Shown: in pieces, positions 25,890 to 37,773 of the stretch
How positions within the stretch are numbered: the first letter of the stretch is position 1
Layout of the letters: every line of letters starts with the position of its first letter
Source of the DNA: Eledone cirrhosa
Taxonomy: Eukaryota
Assembly (NCBI GenBank): GCA_964016885.1
Contig: OZ024747.1
Location: forward strand, 23,622,001 to 23,686,000
DNA length: 64,000 bases
Reading direction: 5' to 3'
Notes under the pieces: model-generated
Seen by the model: the letters and a program-made list of their open reading frames with translations, nothing else
What the model was told of the DNA's origin: nothing
Databases searched by the model: none
Program-made: the position numbers and the translations under genes

Positions 25890-27130
25890 AAAAAGGAGGC
25901 CTGGAAATGTCATGATGAGAGACTGATGAATGTGGAGAACGAATGGGACAGAGAAATTACCACCAGTAGACCCGACAGAGGGACTAGCTATTGAGATTGA
26001 CGAATATAGTGTACAAGAGGAAATGAATGGTAAGGATGCTGGACCATCGGGGATAGTTGCCAAGATGCTGAAAGCATCAGAAGTAGGCACTAAACTAGTT
26101 GCACGCATCATTAATCAAGCTATATATGGTGGTGTCATACCCAAAGACTGGTGCAGCATTATTCTGATAAATTGCTACAAAGGTAAAGGAGATGCTCTGG
26201 AGAGGAGCAATTATAGGGGCATAAAGCTGATGGATCACGTTATGAAAGTGGCAGAGAGAATATTAGCGCAACTGATTAGAGAAAGGGTCAAATTAGATGA
26301 GATGCAGTTTGGTTTTGTGCCTCAGAAAGGTACAACAGATGCCCTCTTCTTAGTGAGGCAACTACAAGAGAGGTTCTTAGAGAAGAATAAGCCACTATAC
26401 TTAGCTTTTGTTGACCTAGAGGAGGCCTTTGATAGGGTACCCCGATCTGTCATCTGGTGGTCCCTAAGGAAACTAGGTGTAGCGGAATGGCTTGTGAGGA
26501 CAGTGCAAGCTATGTACAGGGGTGCTGTCAGTAAAGTGAGAATAGGAATGGAGTTTAGTGTGGAATTCCAGATACAAGTAGGTGTACATCAGGGTTTGGT
26601 CCTCAGCCCGCTCTTGTTCAGTATAGTCCTCCAAGCCATAACAGAGGAGTTTAAGACTGGCTGTCCATGGGAACTTCTCTATGCTGATCTGGTTCTTATA
26701 GCAGAATCAGTAGAGGAACTACAGAATAAATTCTGGCTATGGAAACAGCAGTTGGAATCAAGAGGCCTGAGAGTGAACATAGCTAAAACAAGTGTTGATA
26801 AGTAGAAAAGAGGACAATACTCTGATTCCATCGGGGAAATGGCCATGTTCGATTATAGGAAAGGAACTGGCATAAATTCCATAAACTGTACGCAATGCAG
26901 GTCTTGGGTACACAAGAGATGTAGTGGGCAAACTAACAGGTAGGGAAAACTACGTATGCAGTAGACATACAGGGAAAGTTGGCAGTAGTAATCGTAGTGA
27001 TAGACACATTTTTCCAATGCAGGTGGGTTCTATAGAAGTGGTTAATAGCTTCCAGTACCTAGGTGATCAGATTACCATGGGGGGGGGGGGGGGGTCTGAG
27101 GTGAACACTGACGAGAACTCTAGGATAGGA
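25890..27130 (+). mobile_element. RTE-clade LINE fragment of the same family, opposite orientation, truncated at both ends
   Basis: ORF 25930-26805 carries the same RT motifs (YADD reduced to YAD), with further frameshifted sequence to about 27130. Confidence 0.93.
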
Positions 27131-29190
27131 AAAACTCATCAGTACTCCACCAATATGCCAAAATAGAACATAGGGACACATTAGAAAACATAAAAATTAT
27201 ATCCACACACAGAAAAGATGCAATGCTCAGACAATTCACAGAAGCAACAAACAAACGAACTCCAACCAAAATTAAACAGAAAATATGAGTGGAATAGCAA
27301 CATCCCATCTAGTAATTAAGGACAAAATGAAGAGATACAGACACACACAAAAATCAAACTAACAAAACAAATCAGATACACAGATAGAACAAACAACCAG
27401 CTAGTGACAAATAAAAACACACACACACACGGATGTAACGCATGTGCAAACTAAGCACACAACACACAAACAAGACAGTTTAGGACAGAACAAAGATACA
27501 CAAAAAAAACCTAGTCTCCGAGGTCAGAGATGACGAAAGAGCTTTGACAATATATATAAACCATTCAGTTATCGAACCAACCTCTTGACCAAAAATTTAT
27601 AATAAATTGAAGTGAAAACCAACAGGTGCATGTGTTTTTATTGGCAGCATCACCATCCCAAAGTATAACAATATGTATATATGTAATTGTTTCTACTTTT
27701 AGCACAAGGCTAGCAATTACTCCAGTGCATTACTGGTACATCATACTGATGTTAAGGTATTGTTCTCAAAATAAATATCAAAATCTCAGATTCAATATTA
27801 TTTTAGATAATTAAATGAGATAAAGCCTTTAGACAAAAAATACAATAGTAAATAGAGTAATGTAAATGCTAAAGGGTTTTAATCTTTTTATTTTCAAAAC
27901 GATTGATAATCAAAAGAATATATATAGGAAATTGGAAACAGAAATACTAAGAGAAATTAACTGATTTCATTAACTTGGAACTGTCATACTGTTTACCCCA
28001 TATCAGACAACAGATGCATATATTCACTAGCAATATACATCTCATCAAATTCCTAAGATAATATTCTGAATGTGGAAGATCATAACTAATGGTTGAGACC
28101 TGTGGAAGAGGTAGATAAAAAAGACAAAAGACATGGGTAATGTTATAAACACTGATCTTACGAAGCTAATCCTTGTAATAGATATAACAAAGGACCATGA
28201 TGATTAGTGACTTGCAGTGCTAGAGATGATGCACCCGCTAACATAACTTAGGCACCCAACATGACTTAACGCCACTCTCCCTTCATTTTTAATGTGCTAT
28301 TCTTTACTTTTCACCCAACCCCTCACCTATTGCACCAATACTAATGATATTTGGCCCTCCACTTTTTATTAATTCTGCTATTTCCCTCACATCCGTTTCA
28401 TTCCACCTATGCATTACAAGATTACAATAAGCCTAGAGTTAGTCACTATAAAAATGCACTTGGTACTCTGCCTTCTGTTACCAGTTGAATGTCACTTGGT
28501 AACATTCAACTGGTAACAGAGAGCAGAGACAGCCCTTCAGTCAAGTCTATAACCCGACAACCATATTAGTGCTGGTACCATGATAAAATGCTCCGCTCCC
28601 AGTATACTTTGTAAACTGGTTGGTGTTAGGAAGGACAGTCAGCTGTAGAAACCATGCCAAAACTAGAACATCTGAGAGATGTGGCCCCTGATCCATCTGA
28701 GAGGACTGTAGCTCCAATTAAGTACTGACTCGGTCTGCGACAAATCATCGACTTCATGTGAGAACATGGAAAAATGAACATGAAAGGGGATGATGAAATG
28801 TTTGCTTTGATAAAAACAAACTATGAATAATGACAATGAATTAAAACAAAACAACAATTACGTTTTTGAAGAAAACAAATTTATTCACTTTTGATGACTA
28901 TTTGTTTATATACAACAGCTCCATTAAATAGAAAATGAAGGCCAAATGTTACTTCAGTCTGTCACACAGATGTGTCAGATCACAATATAGCTCATACAAG
29001 TGTAACATGACTATGCCTTAAACATGAACAACATACAATGGAATACAAAAGCTTGCTCCTTGAATTTAAGATGACAAAATGAATTTTCTTAATCAAATCA
29101 AACAGAATTTAACATTTGAGGTATAACCAAATCAATTTTTTTTACAAAAAGCGGAAAGCCGTGCAAAAACATTTTAAATTTATTTAACTG

Positions 29191-29229
<39 letters not shown>

Positions 29230-29676
29230 ATAAAAACATTTTGTAGAATGCATTCTAAAAGTTTAAAGCATTTACCATGGAGAGAAGGATGAGCAAAACA
29301 GTTAATTGAAGTTTAACAGAAAATAATACAAAGTGTGCATGTATGTGGATCATGCAATATGCATTGCAATGCTGTAGCAATTTCAATCATGAATTTAACT
29401 GCACTTTAATGCTAAATGGAAGTATATGAGACTAGACTTCAATACTTTAGTAGTCCTAGCATGAGACTAATGGCTCAGCAATTGACTTTCAACAGAATTA
29501 GATTCTCTCAAAACAAAAATCCATTTATCAGCAACATAACTTGGAATTGATATTCTATTCAGTTATTCATATAAATATTTATAACATTTTCACTTCTTTT
29601 ATATCATGGTTATAAAAACATCTCAGGCAGCTAGATATCTAAAAATCTAATGTTAGCACAAATAAAAATGTTGACT

Positions 29677-29940
29677 TAATCTTTAGCATTTAAACCAGCC
29701 GTATCCGGCCAAAATTCTCTCACCTCTTTCTGTTCAAACCAGCCTATAACCAGCTGCTTATGCTGAAATTAAGGTATTGTTCTCAAAATAAATAATATCA
29801 AAATCTCATAGATTCAATATTATATTAACCCTTTAGCATTTACATTACTTTAGCATTTACTACTGTATTTTTCGTGGTAAAGGCCTTTACCACGAAAAAT
29901 ATAGTAGTAAATATAGAGTAATGTAAATGTTAAAGGTTAA
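29677..29940. mobile_element. piggyBac-like MITE (TTAA ends) with an internal fold-back; related copies at about 27750-27881 and 45945-46140
   Basis: ttaa(c/t)ctttagcattt ... aaatgytaaag(g)gttaa termini; shared internal ttaaggtattgttctcaaaataaata. Confidence 0.65.
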
Positions 29941-31325
29941 TCTTTTTATTTTCAAAATGATTGATAATCAAAAGAAAATATATAGCAAATTGGAAATAGA
30001 AATACTAAGAGAAATTAACTGATTTCATTAATTTGGAACTGCCATACAGTTTACCCCATATCGCAGACAACAGATGCATATATTCACTAGCTATATACAT
30101 CTCAATGTCGATATTCACTAGCTATATACATCTCAATGTCGAATTCCTAAGAATAATATCCTGAATGTGGAAGATCAAAACTAATGATTGATTCTATTCA
30201 AAAAGGAAAGCATACTAAAAACTAAATTACACAAAACAGATATTCTTGAATCTATTCATATTTTGAACTAAATCATCATTTCATTTTACGTCCGCTTTTT
30301 CCCTGCTTGCAAGGGTATGAAAATTCTAATCCTTACAAAATAAACCCAAGTAACATTACAAGCTTATTATATTGGCATAATTGTAAACTGCTAGCTTATG
30401 TTCAAGAATTGGAAGCCATGCATTTGATACTTCTCAAATTAAGTGTATAATATTTAGACAGAAATGCTTGCCAAACTACAGCTTAAATTCTAAAGTTCTA
30501 AATACAAAAATTAATAATGCACTGTTTAACAATTATGAACACCAAAATGTTCCACTAAACACCACAATAAAAACTCAAGTAGTCAAGGGTACCATTTTTC
30601 TTAAATATATATATATAACGGTGAGGTAGCACCATAATTATTTTTGAATAAGAGTAGTCTTGCATAATAAAGTGCCTAAAATTATAGAGCAGGAAGCAAT
30701 GTAGCAGCTATGTGACATATTCCATGCAAATATAAAACATTTATAAATCTTTCATTACTGAATGCAAGACTTGTACATAAAATGCTAACAATAGCTTTAT
30801 ATCATGAATTATTATAAAATGTTACCATGCAAGGTTTGTTAAACACAGCCATACACACAACCAGACCAGTATATAAAAGTTATTCAGTAACAACTAAAAA
30901 GTTGCACTATAAATCTTTCTTTTAATATTTAATTTTCTTCAAACAAAAGTATCAATGAACAAAGGAAAATTCTTGAGAAATTAGAAATGAAATTTTCAAA
31001 CATGAATATTTAATACGGCAATAGGAATATTACCAGCACCACTGAAGAAAAATCATCTGTTAATCCCACAATCATTTGGTTTATTAATGTTTAATAAATA
31101 AATAAAAAGGTTCCCTAATTTTAGAAAATACAAAAATTAAAAAAAAAAAAAAGATACAAACGTCACTATTGTATAAATGAATAATTTCAAGAGCAAGTTT
31201 AATGATAAGGTTGAAAGTTAGGAAATGTATTAAATTTTTTTTTAAAATGGAGCTCAAGAATAATCTATATACAAATCTGAAAGGCCGTAAAAAAAGAATA
31301 GGTCTGGAAGGGGAATGGAAGCAGT

Positions 31326-31472
31326 TCACTTTTTCCACTTTTCTTGGGGATGGTACTCTGTCATTGGTTTTCCGCCAGTTCCACACGTACCAATTCCTAC
31401 CCTTCCATTGATGTTATCAGGAGAGGCAAATATGGATCTCTTCACTTTTCCCTTGTTTGTCTTGGAAAATGT
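31326..31472 (-). CDS. SMNDC1: SMNDC1 terminal coding exon
   Basis: tttcag|TFSKTNKGKVKRSIFASPDNINGRVGIGTCGTGGKPMTEYHPQEKWKK*; SIFASP...GRVG.GTCG...KPMT is the SPF30 C-terminal signature. Total 244 aa. Confidence 0.95.
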   Translation of the reverse strand, partial: TFSKTNKGKVKRSIFASPDNINGRVGIGTCGTGGKPMTEYHPQEKWKK

Positions 31473-31844
31473 CTGAAAGAATTTTAAATTATGCCTTAAT
31501 ATTTTCTTTTGCTTCATTACATACATTTTATATATTTAAATGTAAATATTGTAAGATATTTTAAATATGACATACAAAGAACATAGGCTATCAAACAATA
31601 CAGTCAAAGTGCAAAGTTTTTATTTTTGAACCTTCATAGATTGGAGAGAAGGCAACAATCACCTAACACTCAATCAAACAATACCTAGTAGTTTTATTTG
31701 TAGCAAAACAAATTTCTTTACAAGACATAAATATTGAAAGTATCCTTGCCATATTTTAACTTATGTGAGAACTACCAAAAGATGATATATTGTCATCTAA
31801 ATGTACATTCAGTGGAAGTAAATATTACAAAAATAATATCTCAC

Positions 31845-31971
31845 CTTTACATTGAAATCAAGCCATTTATTTTTCTCTGTTTCCCTCTCCTCCTCAAGTT
31901 GTTTCATGCGCTGGGCTTTCTTCTGGGCTTTTTTCCGTTTTTTCTCACGTTCCTCAGCAATCAGATCTTTC
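31845..31971 (-). CDS. SMNDC1: SMNDC1 coding exon 6 (basic/NLS region)
   Basis: aatag|G-KDLIAEEREKKRKKAQKKAQRMKQLEEERETEKNKWLDFNVK|gtgaga. Confidence 0.93.
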
Positions 31972-33686
31972 CTATTGTGAAATTATTTTTAATTTCAGAA
32001 TAAGCTTCAAATATATTAATATAAATTACTCTATATTTTTTAAACTAAAATAATATGAAATCATCATCGTTTAGTCTGTTTTCCTTGCTAGCAAGAGTTG
32101 GACATGCTGTCAGAGACAGGTCAGTATTTAAGACGAGCCAACATACAATCACATGCTGAACCAAGTGCATCTTATTGTGACACCAACACTAGGAAAGTTA
32201 TGTCTTGACACAGCTGAAGAATCCTTCCAACCCTTTGTTTGGTAGGTTTACTATGGCTGAATGCCCATCCTATCACCAACCACTTTACAGAGTGTACTGA
32301 GTGTGTTTATCATGTCTATGGCACAACTAAAGAGTCTTCCTAATCATGTTAAATAATTTTCTTTTAAGAATTGTAATCAGGTTTTATGACATAAAACTTT
32401 TTTAAAAAAATACAAAATAATTACAGATTTAGTTCCTTAGAAAAGTAACTTCAAATCAACTTACTTGTAATCTTTTGTTGGAAGTTAGTAATGAAAGTGG
32501 CTTTATTTCAAACATTTCTAAAGATCTATATGAGAAATTTTAATATATATTGACTACCAGTATTCACTACCATATTGTGACTGAAAATATTTAACAAAAA
32601 CCAAAATTGGAAAGAAAGTTTTGATATATTTGATATCTAATTTTGTTTTTTAAATATCAGTGCTTTTTAAACATACTATTTTAATCAACCAATTTTTGAG
32701 AAATCAAAAGAAAATACTACTAAACCAAAATAGATTTTATATTTAGTTTTATATAATACCCATTTAGTCTTTCTTCTGATGCTAATATCGAAACTTTAAT
32801 TTTAACCATTTGTAATTCCAAACCTTTAAGATTCTGAACATCACTATCATCATCATCATCATTTTACGTCCACTTTTCCCTGCTTGCAAGGGTGGGACGG
32901 GAACTGATTCTGGCTTGATTTCTACAGCTGGATGCCCCTCCTAACACCAACCTCATTTACAGTGAGTGCTGGGTGCTTTTTTTCCGTGGCACCTCCACGA
33001 CCACTTTGCAGTGGAATGATAGGGACCCCAGTCCTTATCTCATTTCTACAGCTGAGTAAACTGGAGCAATGTGAAATAAAGTGTCTTGCTCAAGGAAACA
33101 ACACATCACCCGAACTGAGAATTGAACTCACAACTTTTCGATTACAAGGCCAATGCTCTAACCACTAAGCCATGTGCCTCCATCTATATCTGCTTAAAAA
33201 TTGTTCCAACACTTTATGCATATACAAAATTTTTAAATCACAGTAGATTAAGTCATCATTTAACAAGCAGTTTCCCTGTTAGCAAAGGTTGGATGGGTTG
33301 TCAATAGACTCAGGTAGAAGTATGGACCCCACGGATGGGCCAGAAGCCTACATATGTTCCTGCACTGAACTGAGTGCTCAGACAAACCAGTGGCTTTTAA
33401 CTTACATATGATCCTATACATTGAGTGTATTTTATCGTGACACCAGCACTAGGGAGGTTATGTTATTGACACAGGTGAAAAGTCTTCCCGGCCCTTTATT
33501 TGGTTGATTTTCTACATCCAGAAGCCTTTCCTATTACCAACTACATAGATTAGGTCACCAACACTAGGGAGGTCAGCTGAAGATTTACAAATAATTGTTT
33601 ATGCTTTGTAGAATATATACAAATATATACAGTGAACCATTGGCTGACCAGTTGAAGTCCTCTTAGAAAACAAATAACCAACTTAC

Positions 33687-33769
33687 TTTGACTTTAGTCG
33701 TTTCGCTTCAGGGCCCAATCCATCAACACCATGATCATTATCAGCATCAGATGGTTTTAATAAATTTGC
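33687..33769 (-). CDS. SMNDC1: SMNDC1 coding exon 5
   Basis: ctctag|ANLLKPSDADNDHGVDGLGPEAKRLKS-AA|gtaagt; phases consistent with both neighbouring exons. Confidence 0.85.
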
Positions 33770-34230
33770 CTAGAGTATTGAGAAAAAATATATAACTTGT
33801 GAATACTCAATTTAATATGGCGACAACTACACAATTAAGCAACATAAAGCTGGTTTTAATATTGGTTTCTAATTTAGGCACATGTCCAGCAAATTTTGAG
33901 GGAAAGTTCATTAAATCAACCCCAGTAGATGACTGGTACTTTGTGAATTCTTAAAAGTAGAAGAATGAAAGGCGAAGTTCATAGAATTTGAACTCAGAAT
34001 TTAAAGAGCCAAAATACTGCAATGGTATTATGTCCAATCCTTTATCAATTCTGCCAATCCACCACCCTTAGCGGGTTTTAAAATCAATTTCATATTATTG
34101 ATATTTCAATATTTAATATCATGAGAAGAATCAAAAAACTACAAGTACTTTTTCAGAAATAACAAAAATTTGAAATTTTGCATTCATTTATAGGACAAAT
34201 AAAAATTAAGTTTCTCTTGATAATATTTAC

Positions 34231-34318
34231 CTGTGTGATGTCTGTATTTCCATAACCCTCAAATGTTACAGTACAAGTTCCATCAGGCAATATCTCATCA
34301 ATTTTCGCTTCATAGAAC
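34231..34318 (-). CDS. SMNDC1: SMNDC1 coding exon 4 (Tudor domain)
   Basis: aaag|G-FYEAKIDEILPDGTCTVTFEGYGNTDITQ|gtaaat; aromatic-cage residues Y, F, Y and the YGN motif. Confidence 0.93.
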
Positions 34319-35049
34319 CTTTAAAAAAAAAAATTAGGTTATCTTAAGAACTAACAAACTGAACAATTTTCTATATGTAAAACACTGAGAAAAGACTTGG
34401 GAAGACAGCTTAGCTCTTGAGATCTAAGACAAATATATCTAGCTGTCACCTTGCCTGGTAACAAAGATTGCATTTTTCCTCTTAGTATCAAAATTCAATT
34501 TTTGTGAAATCAATTCTTTTCCCCTTGAAATTATGTCCCATCTTTTTTGAGTCTCTAACAATTGCTATTTTTTGTTTTCCTGCTTGAATCGAAATTCATT
34601 AACACTATTTTCAGATATATCATTCAATACATCACCTATTTTATCTAAATTCATATCATTGGCTCACTTGAATTATTTTTTGTAATAGAACTACTTTTCT
34701 AATCTATTCGAAAATAAAGACTTATTTTATATAAATTGTTTCAAAATTATCTTTTTTAGTATCCAAGGAAACTAATGATCTGCATTGGTAAACAATACTA
34801 AAATAAGTTTGTATTCCATAAGCAGAGTTGAATTTTGACATTTCAGATAGAGTCCATCAGTTAATGAAATGAAAATGTGTGTCAGATTTAAATATCTTTG
34901 TGGGTTTGAAAAAAGTACTGGCACAAATGAGACCACAAAAATACTGCAATATAGCCAGAAACAGTAAAGACATCCATACCACATCACCCTTCGTATGAGA
35001 TAACAAGGGATGTGTTCAGATTTTAGATGGTCCAGAAGGGAGCAAACCA

Positions 35050-35375
35050 TGACAATTGGTAACTGGAATGTTACAACATTTACAGGCAAGGAGCTGGAAC
35101 TAGTGGAGGAAGCCAGATGCTACTGGTTAGATATAATCAGAGTTTCCTCAACAAAGTTTTGAGGTTCTGATACAGTAAATTTGAAGATGGAAACTCCCAA
35201 TATGCAGGTGTCATGCCGGAAAAGACTGCACAAGCAGGAGTGGATAACATCCATAGGCTTGGCTGGTCTCAGAGATCCAGCCAGAACAATTGGAGATGGT
35301 TGCTTCTGACAAAGACTTGCTGGAAGATAGGACTCCACGACCCTCCTAGGAACTAGTGAAGAAGATTTAGACACA
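35050..35375 (+). mobile_element. Internally deleted remnant of a second RTE-type LINE (endonuclease N-terminus joined to the 3' end); a related 3' end lies at about 40005-40370
   Basis: TIGNWNVTTFTGKELELVEEARCYWLDII resembles the APE endonuclease start; ataacatccat..gcttggctggtc...ggttgcttctgaca is shared with 40240-40310. Confidence 0.5.
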
Positions 35376-35653
35376 AAGAATTAAAAATTGATATATGTGC
35401 AACAATGAAACTCAAAAGTTCATAGAAATAAAATATGAGACGTTAGTAATTGGTAGGAGATATAGATGAAATGTTAGAAGATATAAGTATCTGGTTTTTT
35501 TTTTGCTAGAATGTTTCTTTAGTAATTTCAAATGATTTAACCCTCATCCAACCCTTGGTTGTAGAGAAGACATATGTTAAATGATTTAACACACATCTAA
35601 CTCTGGCTAGCAGAGAAAATGGACGTCAAAAGATGATGATAATGATGACTTAC

Positions 35654-35829
35654 TGTCCATCTACAGACCAAGGAGCTTGACAAGCATCTCCAGCACTCCA
35701 AGTTGTCTGAACAGCTTCTGCAGCTTGAGTGTCATTTGTTGATACTTCTTCACCATTGCCTTCATCAGCATTAGAACTTCCAGAAGTTGGACCAATGTTC
35801 AACAGCTGCAGAGTTAGTTCAATCACCTC
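35654..35829 (-). CDS. SMNDC1: SMNDC1 coding exon 3 (start of Tudor domain)
   Basis: cttcag|EVIELTLQLL...WSAGDACQAPWSVDG-CA|gtaagt. Confidence 0.93.
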
Positions 35830-37710
35830 CTGAAGAGACAAAAAAAAATGTCAGATCAAACAAACCCCACAAAAATAAATACATGAATAAAGCATACAAA
35901 GAAATGTTAGAGGAAAGGACTAAAATCACTGACAACAGTCATTAAAATCCCTGAAACAAGGCCAAAAGAGGTAGGGTACACAACATACAGAACAAATATA
36001 TCAGCTCAAGTCTTAACTGACAGGCATTCTCCAATTTACAAAAACAATTTAATAATCAAATATTTATTTCTTCAAATTTAATGGCTTGAATGCTTAAATT
36101 ACTAATAGTAAAGAAAATAAGTATATTATCTAAACTATCCAACTTTTTATTTCCAACCATATTTAAATATTTTTCTAATAACCTAGAGATCTCTTCTATT
36201 AATTGCTAATGAGTGTAGTTAATAAAAAGAAGCTATAAAATTTCTGCAAAGGAATATTTATACCTAACCAATTCTTTTCTGGTATATTTAACTAACATGA
36301 GCATTTCTTTAAAAGTCTCAGCTACACATCTATAAGCTTTTAAGAATTCACAATAGGTTAGCTTAAAATCATTCAATTGTCATACCAGGAAGGGCAAAAC
36401 TAATTCTAATTAATTTGACTTAAATGAAATGCTTATAAAAGCATATATTCAAATTTGTGATCAAGTTATTGCAGTAAAAATAGTGTAAATGATTGTTAAT
36501 ATCAAGGATTCAAAGAAAATCACAAAACAGTCATCTCAAAGTTGCTGGCTGTGTTAAACAAGCTACCAAAAAGCTCCAATTTTGAAGATCTTTAAATGAT
36601 GCTGTTTTGCTCAAGATGTGGTAATATACTAATTACTGCCCACAAGGATGTATAAAGACATCAAAAAATATTTACATGAATCACTGTATAATTGAGGTGA
36701 CCATACAAGATGAGTCTAAAGGTGCGCTTTTAACAATTCACACAATTCAATTAGTCCAAGGGAAGCAATTCTCATTAGTGTTGAACTTGAGAGAAGCAAT
36801 TCTCGGTGTTGAACTAGAAGTATCTAAATGTCATTACTGATAATTTCTTTCAACAAAGGCCATTTTTCCTCGTGAGATGAAAATAGAACAAACTGGTGAG
36901 ATTACAACTCAGAATGTAGCAGAACAAACATAATTCAATGGCTTTAGTTTGATACTAATCATTCTGCCAACTGGTAATAAGAGGTAAAACAAATTAGTTG
37001 AGAAAATGTATTGGAAACTGATATAAAATTCATGTGGATAGAAATTTAATAGCTATTGTTTCCAAAAACCACACCATATAACTGAGACAATAGAGTTCCT
37101 TTGTAGATAATGGCCACAACGAAAAATAATTGAAACGCAAATTTGAAATGCATAGATTTTGCTGTTAATTAAAAATTACAGATGATTGAATTTGTAATAA
37201 TCCAATTTAGATCTCAGTTCTAGAATATATTTACTTGTCATTAGCTGCTATCTAATTACTCTAAGCTCTATTAGATGATTAATATTTTCAACAATCTAAT
37301 ATTTATCTGCCATAATGTAGTACTAAATTAAACTTCATAACTAAACAGTAAATTTAAACATAGTAGTAATACAGAAGATACAAGTGAAACGACTGTGTCA
37401 ATGGGCTGGCAATCTATGAGCATTCTTCAATTTATTTGCTGGTATATGCTTTGTTATCAAGAGAAATTGGTTCCTAGTAAGAAGTGTCAAGGAACGTTTT
37501 TAGATGCCGACATGTTCCCAAAACACATGAAAACAGGGAAAAATAAACAAGACCAAATTTAATTTAGACTAAAATTTTATATTAAAAAAAAAGTATATAA
37601 GCAAAACAAGATGGGAAAATGTTCCATTTTTCACATGGTGTTGTTTGTGTCAATATCCCACCACAGAAGTGTAACTAGTCAAGTATTCAAACTGTGGAGA
37701 GTATACTTAC

Positions 37711-37773
37711 TACTCAAGGATCACCGTCTGTGAGTCTTTCAAAACATACGAAGAGCGTGTATCGCCCCTTCAT
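37711..37773 (-). other. SMNDC1: Candidate poison (PTC-containing) cassette exon in SMNDC1 intron 2
   Basis: Minus strand: UG-rich tract, ctaac/ctaat branch-like sites, tatttctag|63 nt|GTAAGT. In the SMNDC1 frame it reads MKGRYTLFVCFERLTDGDP* (TGA at 37716-37714). Confidence 0.65.

Noticed and set aside
27130-27600. Possible Penelope-like 3' remnant; likewise possible LINE remnants at 3080-3500, 4190-4600, 22680-22920 and 46670-46950
   Set aside because: Only vague motif similarity; family and boundaries cannot be supported by eye.
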